NCBI GenBank assembly: GCA_964484255.1
Contig: CAZAEH010000001.1
Location: 4,674-68,673 of the forward strand
Reading direction: 5' to 3'
Length of the DNA: 64,000 nucleotides
Origin: an uncultured Planctomycetia bacterium
Lineage (GTDB): Bacteria > Omnitrophota > Gorgyraeia > Pluralincolimonadales > Pluralincolimonadaceae
Every line of letters begins with the position of its first letter. Positions within the stretch are counted from its first letter, which is position 1. This document shows, piece after piece, positions 61,312 to 64,000 of this stretch. The position numbers were made by a program, and so were the translations under genes. A model generated the notes under the pieces. It made no database searches, had not been told where the DNA came from, and saw only the letters and a program-made list of their open reading frames with translations.

Positions 61312-62474
61312 CCAAGACAGCCGCGCAGAACAGAAGACGCAACTATTTCATAAAAAAAGAGTTCCAAACAAGTTTCATAATCAAATTCTGCTTCCTTCTT
61401 ATACTTGCCTGCGTGATAATGGGTCTTGCGGCCTACCTGCTTACGGAGAAGACGACTACCACGAGTTTCGAGAACCTGCGCTTGACCGTTAAAAGCACCT
61501 CGGATTACATACTTCCGATACTTATATACAGCAGCATAATGGCCGTCATCCTGGTAAGCCTTGCAACCATAGCAATAGTATTATTTATCTCTCACAGGAT
61601 AGCGGGACCCCTTTACAGGCTCGAGAGGTCGATATCGGACATAGGCAATGGCGATCTTACCGTAAATACCTATCTGCGCCAAGCTGATGAGATAAAGGTA
61701 CTTGCCGAGGTCCTGAATAAAGCCGTCAGGGGCATAAGAGAACCTCTCTCGTCGTCTAAAGCAAAAACTGAGGAGCTCGAAGCTGAGATACTCTCTCTCA
61801 GGGAATTTCTCAAAAAACGCGGTATCCCTGAAAACGAGATCGATGACACGGTTAAGCCCGCCGAAAAGAAGATCCAGGGCATAAAGCAGGCTTTGTCCTT
61901 TTTCAAGGTATCCATACTCGCGGGGTTGATACTTATCTTGCCGTCTTTATCGGCTCATGCAAGCATAGTATCCGGAAACACTTTCTTCGACGGAAACGAT
62001 TGGACGGTGATCGACAGCGCTTTCTGTACGATATACCTGAAAGATACTGTCGACGCGCGCAGGGTAAGCAACAAGATAGATACCTACAGGGTAGATTACG
62101 GCCTCTCCGAAAGGCCTGTCAGGTCCGGCAACAGCGCCAATGATGACGTGGCCTATAAATTTGACCTGATATTTTTTAAGGTGCAAGAATTGCTTGATAT
62201 GAGGCCGAAAGACCTGCATTTAAACGTCCGTATCTACAAGGGGCAGTCGGACCTGGACAGGGTCTATATGGAAATATTCGACCAGCAAAACAAGTTCATT
62301 GCCTTTTATATATTTAAGCTAAACTCGCTTTTTGCCGCAGAAGAAAAGATCTCGGCTAATGTCATGGCACACGAAATAGCCCACTGTATTGTCGATCACT
62401 ATTTTTCGGTCACTCCTCCTACAAAAGTGGCCGAGATGATAGCCCAATACGCAGACCTGCACCTGAGGGATTAA
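61308..62474 (+). CDS. Membrane protein: 2 TM + HAMP-like domain + third TM + C-terminal domain with HExxH (putative metallopeptidase)
   Basis: TM1 and TM2 flank a short loop. HAMP-like segment ISHRIAGPLYRLERSISDIGNGDLT. Third hydrophobic segment VSILAGLILILPSLSAHA. C-terminal ~170 aa carry VMAHEIAHCIVDHYF. Confidence 0.45.
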   Translation: MTKTAAQNRRRNYFIKKEFQTSFIIKFCFLLILACVIMGLAAYLLTEKTTTTSFENLRLTVKSTSDYILPILIYSSIMAVILVSLATIAIVLFISHRIAGPLYRLERSISDIGNGDLTVNTYLRQADEIKVLAEVLNKAVRGIREPLSSSKAKTEELEAEILSLREFLKKRGIPENEIDDTVKPAEKKIQGIKQALSFFKVSILAGLILILPSLSAHASIVSGNTFFDGNDWTVIDSAFCTIYLKDTVDARRVSNKIDTYRVDYGLSERPVRSGNSANDDVAYKFDLIFFKVQELLDMRPKDLHLNVRIYKGQSDLDRVYMEIFDQQNKFIAFYIFKLNSLFAAEEKISANVMAHEIAHCIVDHYFSVTPPTKVAEMIAQYADLHLRD

Positions 62475-62496
62475 GGGTCCCGGGTTTTAATACACG

Positions 62497-62532
62497 GAAA
62501 AAATGAGGCCACACTTGTAAAAGTGTGGCCTC
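62497..62532 (-). terminator. Rho-independent terminator for the GH gene (partly bidirectional)
   Basis: GAGGCCACACTT-GTAA-AAGTGTGGCCTC 12-bp stem. On the minus strand it is followed by AUUUUUUCC. Lies between convergent genes. Confidence 0.5.
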
Positions 62533-62560
62533 TGCATTAACAACTCTATTAACTACCTTG

Positions 62561-63874
62561 TTATTGAGGTTTTTTACCTACCCTTTTCGGCGGCTCCGTA
62601 TCATCACAACCCTTAGCCCAAAGGTCCTTCAGGGCGTAATAAGCTTTCTTCGGTATCCTCTTGTAGACACCGTTCTCTTTATCAAGGCTCATGCCGACTA
62701 TGCCATACCACTCTTCGTTCATGTTCATGTGGCCTTCTACCTCGATATCGAAATAATAGGCACCGTTAGTCCAACCGGCGGTCTGGTCCTGTACGAACCA
62801 GCTCGCGGGATTGGCCGAATCATGTTTCCACCACTCGTCGTTCCATTCGAATATACATCCTCCGAGGACCGTCCCTTTCCCGGATTTCCCGCAAGTATTC
62901 CTAAGTATCTCTTTCCACTGCGAGATCAGGAACTTCGCCTGGATATCCTCATCTTCCTTCTTCGTTAGGGCGTTATAGCGGTCGCAACCGAACTCCGTCA
63001 GGACGATGGGCCTGTCGAACTTCTTGCTTGCCTGTTCCCAGGTATTGCCGAAGCTCAAACCCCTGTACGATATAAGACCCAGTATGTCTATATCGGGAGT
63101 AACGGTGTTAGCCACGTCGAGGAAAAACACTTCGCCATTGCCCATCGCAACCGGATGGTTCGGGTCGACTTTCTTTATCTCCTTCGCTATATCATTTACG
63201 AAGCTGTAATACAGCTTGGCCTTCGCTTCAGCCCTCTGCTTAGGGTCGTCGATGCTGTCGAGTTCGTCGGAGCCCCAGGGAGCTATCTGGTCGTCAAAGC
63301 TGTAATTGTTCTCGTTGCCGAGAAGCCAGAAAAGTATTCCCGGCTCATTCTTGTATGTCTTTACTATCTCAAGGACCTCTTCCTTGACCTGCTGCCTGTA
63401 GCTTTCATCCGCATAGTTTGGCGGCGGCATATCATAGATGCCGAGGTTATGCCCCATTATCGTGCGTATACCGAATTTCTCGAACAGGTCGGACATGACC
63501 TGTTTTGTCTCGGAAGCATTCTCTCCGGGCTGATAAAAACGCACGGTATTGATGCCTGCGTCTTTCATCATCTGGCCGTCTACAAGCCAGGGTTTAGCCG
63601 TGTCGCCCCACCAATTATACGTATAATCCTGCCCGGGCGGTACCGGCTGGTAGCATACTCCCTTGACAAGATAAGTGTCTCCGTTAACGACAAGGCGAAA
63701 ATGCCCGTTCCCCTGCTTCTCCAGCAATATCTTTCCGCCTCTTTTAGCCTGTGACGTGCCGGATATCTTATTGAAAAGAAAATACCCGCCCGCCAGGAAG
63801 CAAGCAATAAGCATAAACAGCAGGACCAAAAAAGCGGTCTTCTTGCCTTTTCCCTTATTATGTCCCATTTTCAA
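62561..63874 (-). CDS. Membrane-anchored clan GH-A glycoside hydrolase with GH72-like motifs
   Basis: N-terminal TM. Motifs KGVCYQP, LLGNENNY (acid/base position) and LTEFGCDRYN (nucleophile position). Confidence 0.5.
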   Translation of the reverse strand: MKMGHNKGKGKKTAFLVLLFMLIACFLAGGYFLFNKISGTSQAKRGGKILLEKQGNGHFRLVVNGDTYLVKGVCYQPVPPGQDYTYNWWGDTAKPWLVDGQMMKDAGINTVRFYQPGENASETKQVMSDLFEKFGIRTIMGHNLGIYDMPPPNYADESYRQQVKEEVLEIVKTYKNEPGILFWLLGNENNYSFDDQIAPWGSDELDSIDDPKQRAEAKAKLYYSFVNDIAKEIKKVDPNHPVAMGNGEVFFLDVANTVTPDIDILGLISYRGLSFGNTWEQASKKFDRPIVLTEFGCDRYNALTKKEDEDIQAKFLISQWKEILRNTCGKSGKGTVLGGCIFEWNDEWWKHDSANPASWFVQDQTAGWTNGAYYFDIEVEGHMNMNEEWYGIVGMSLDKENGVYKRIPKKAYYALKDLWAKGCDDTEPPKRVGKKPQ

Positions 63875-63888
63875 CCTTTACTCGTAAT

Positions 63889-64000
63889 AAATATCGTCAA
63901 AGTAGATAGTGAAACCGTCCGGGTTATCCGTGGCGCTCGCTGCAAAGCAGAAGCCGCCGGATATATACGAAAGGTCCTTGCCGGTCAAGTCTATCGTGTA
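63889..64000 (-). CDS. C-terminal fragment of another beta-sandwich-like protein (5' end outside window)
   Basis: Open to the window edge. Ends ...DNPDGFTIYFDDIYYE then TAA. Confidence 0.3.

Noticed and set aside
61308-62474. Reading the HAMP/HExxH ORF as two genes (a membrane sensor plus a separately secreted peptidase with its own signal peptide)
   Set aside because: No stop codon or frameshift separates the halves in the given sequence. The internal signal-like segment is read as a third TM helix. An assembly indel cannot be excluded.
1-64000. CRISPR arrays, transposases or IS elements, toxin-antitoxin or other defence systems
   Set aside because: None found on reading. No short regularly spaced direct repeats, no DDE or HUH transposase motifs. 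The only PIN-domain protein is the housekeeping YacL-type PIN-TRAM.

Overview
This is a compact bacterial chromosomal window of about 52% GC, made up almost entirely of core housekeeping genes. Genes from position 189 to 50147 form one near-continuous minus-strand array of about 50 genes, interrupted only by rpsT. Many neighbouring start and stop codons overlap (ATGA, GTGA, TTGA), which implies translational coupling. Recognisable genes include alr, tsaB, tsaE, thiL, mtnA, metG, ricT, holB, tmk, cysS, cysE, ispF, ispD, yacL, mlaDFE, clpC, mcsB, mcsA, ilvE, lolDE, lysS, lnt, secA, prfB, murJ, rpsT, holA, comEC, comEA, leuS and nfo. The prfB gene carries the classical programmed +1 frameshift. 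Envelope genes (Mla, Lol, LptE-like, BamD-like, Lnt, MurJ) indicate a diderm organism. The gene order is nevertheless Firmicutes-like: mcsA-mcsB-clpC, tmk-holB-ricT-metG-tatD, and yacL-ispD-ispF-cysE-cysS. Two tRNA genes, tRNA-Ala(GGC) and tRNA-Leu(CAA), flank an nfeD-stomatin operon. The right end (52-64 kb) is more accessory-like. It holds a secreted ankyrin protein, a KimA-like APC transporter, an MFS transporter, an ECF sigma/anti-sigma pair, thyX, and a cluster of secreted and envelope proteins. That cluster includes beta-sandwich proteins, an M48 peptidase, a SurA-N-like lipoprotein, an unusual HAMP-plus-HExxH membrane protein, and a clan GH-A hydrolase whose motifs resemble GH72. The left edge carries the C-terminal fragment of a tyrosine recombinase. 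Its terminal motifs (TTMIYTHV ... SPLD) look like an integron integrase rather than XerC/D. No CRISPR array, transposase or obvious defence or toxin system was seen. The most unusual items are single-gene architectures and regulatory hairpins rather than a clear multi-gene novel system. All calls are from reading the sequence and recalling family motifs; no database searches were run.
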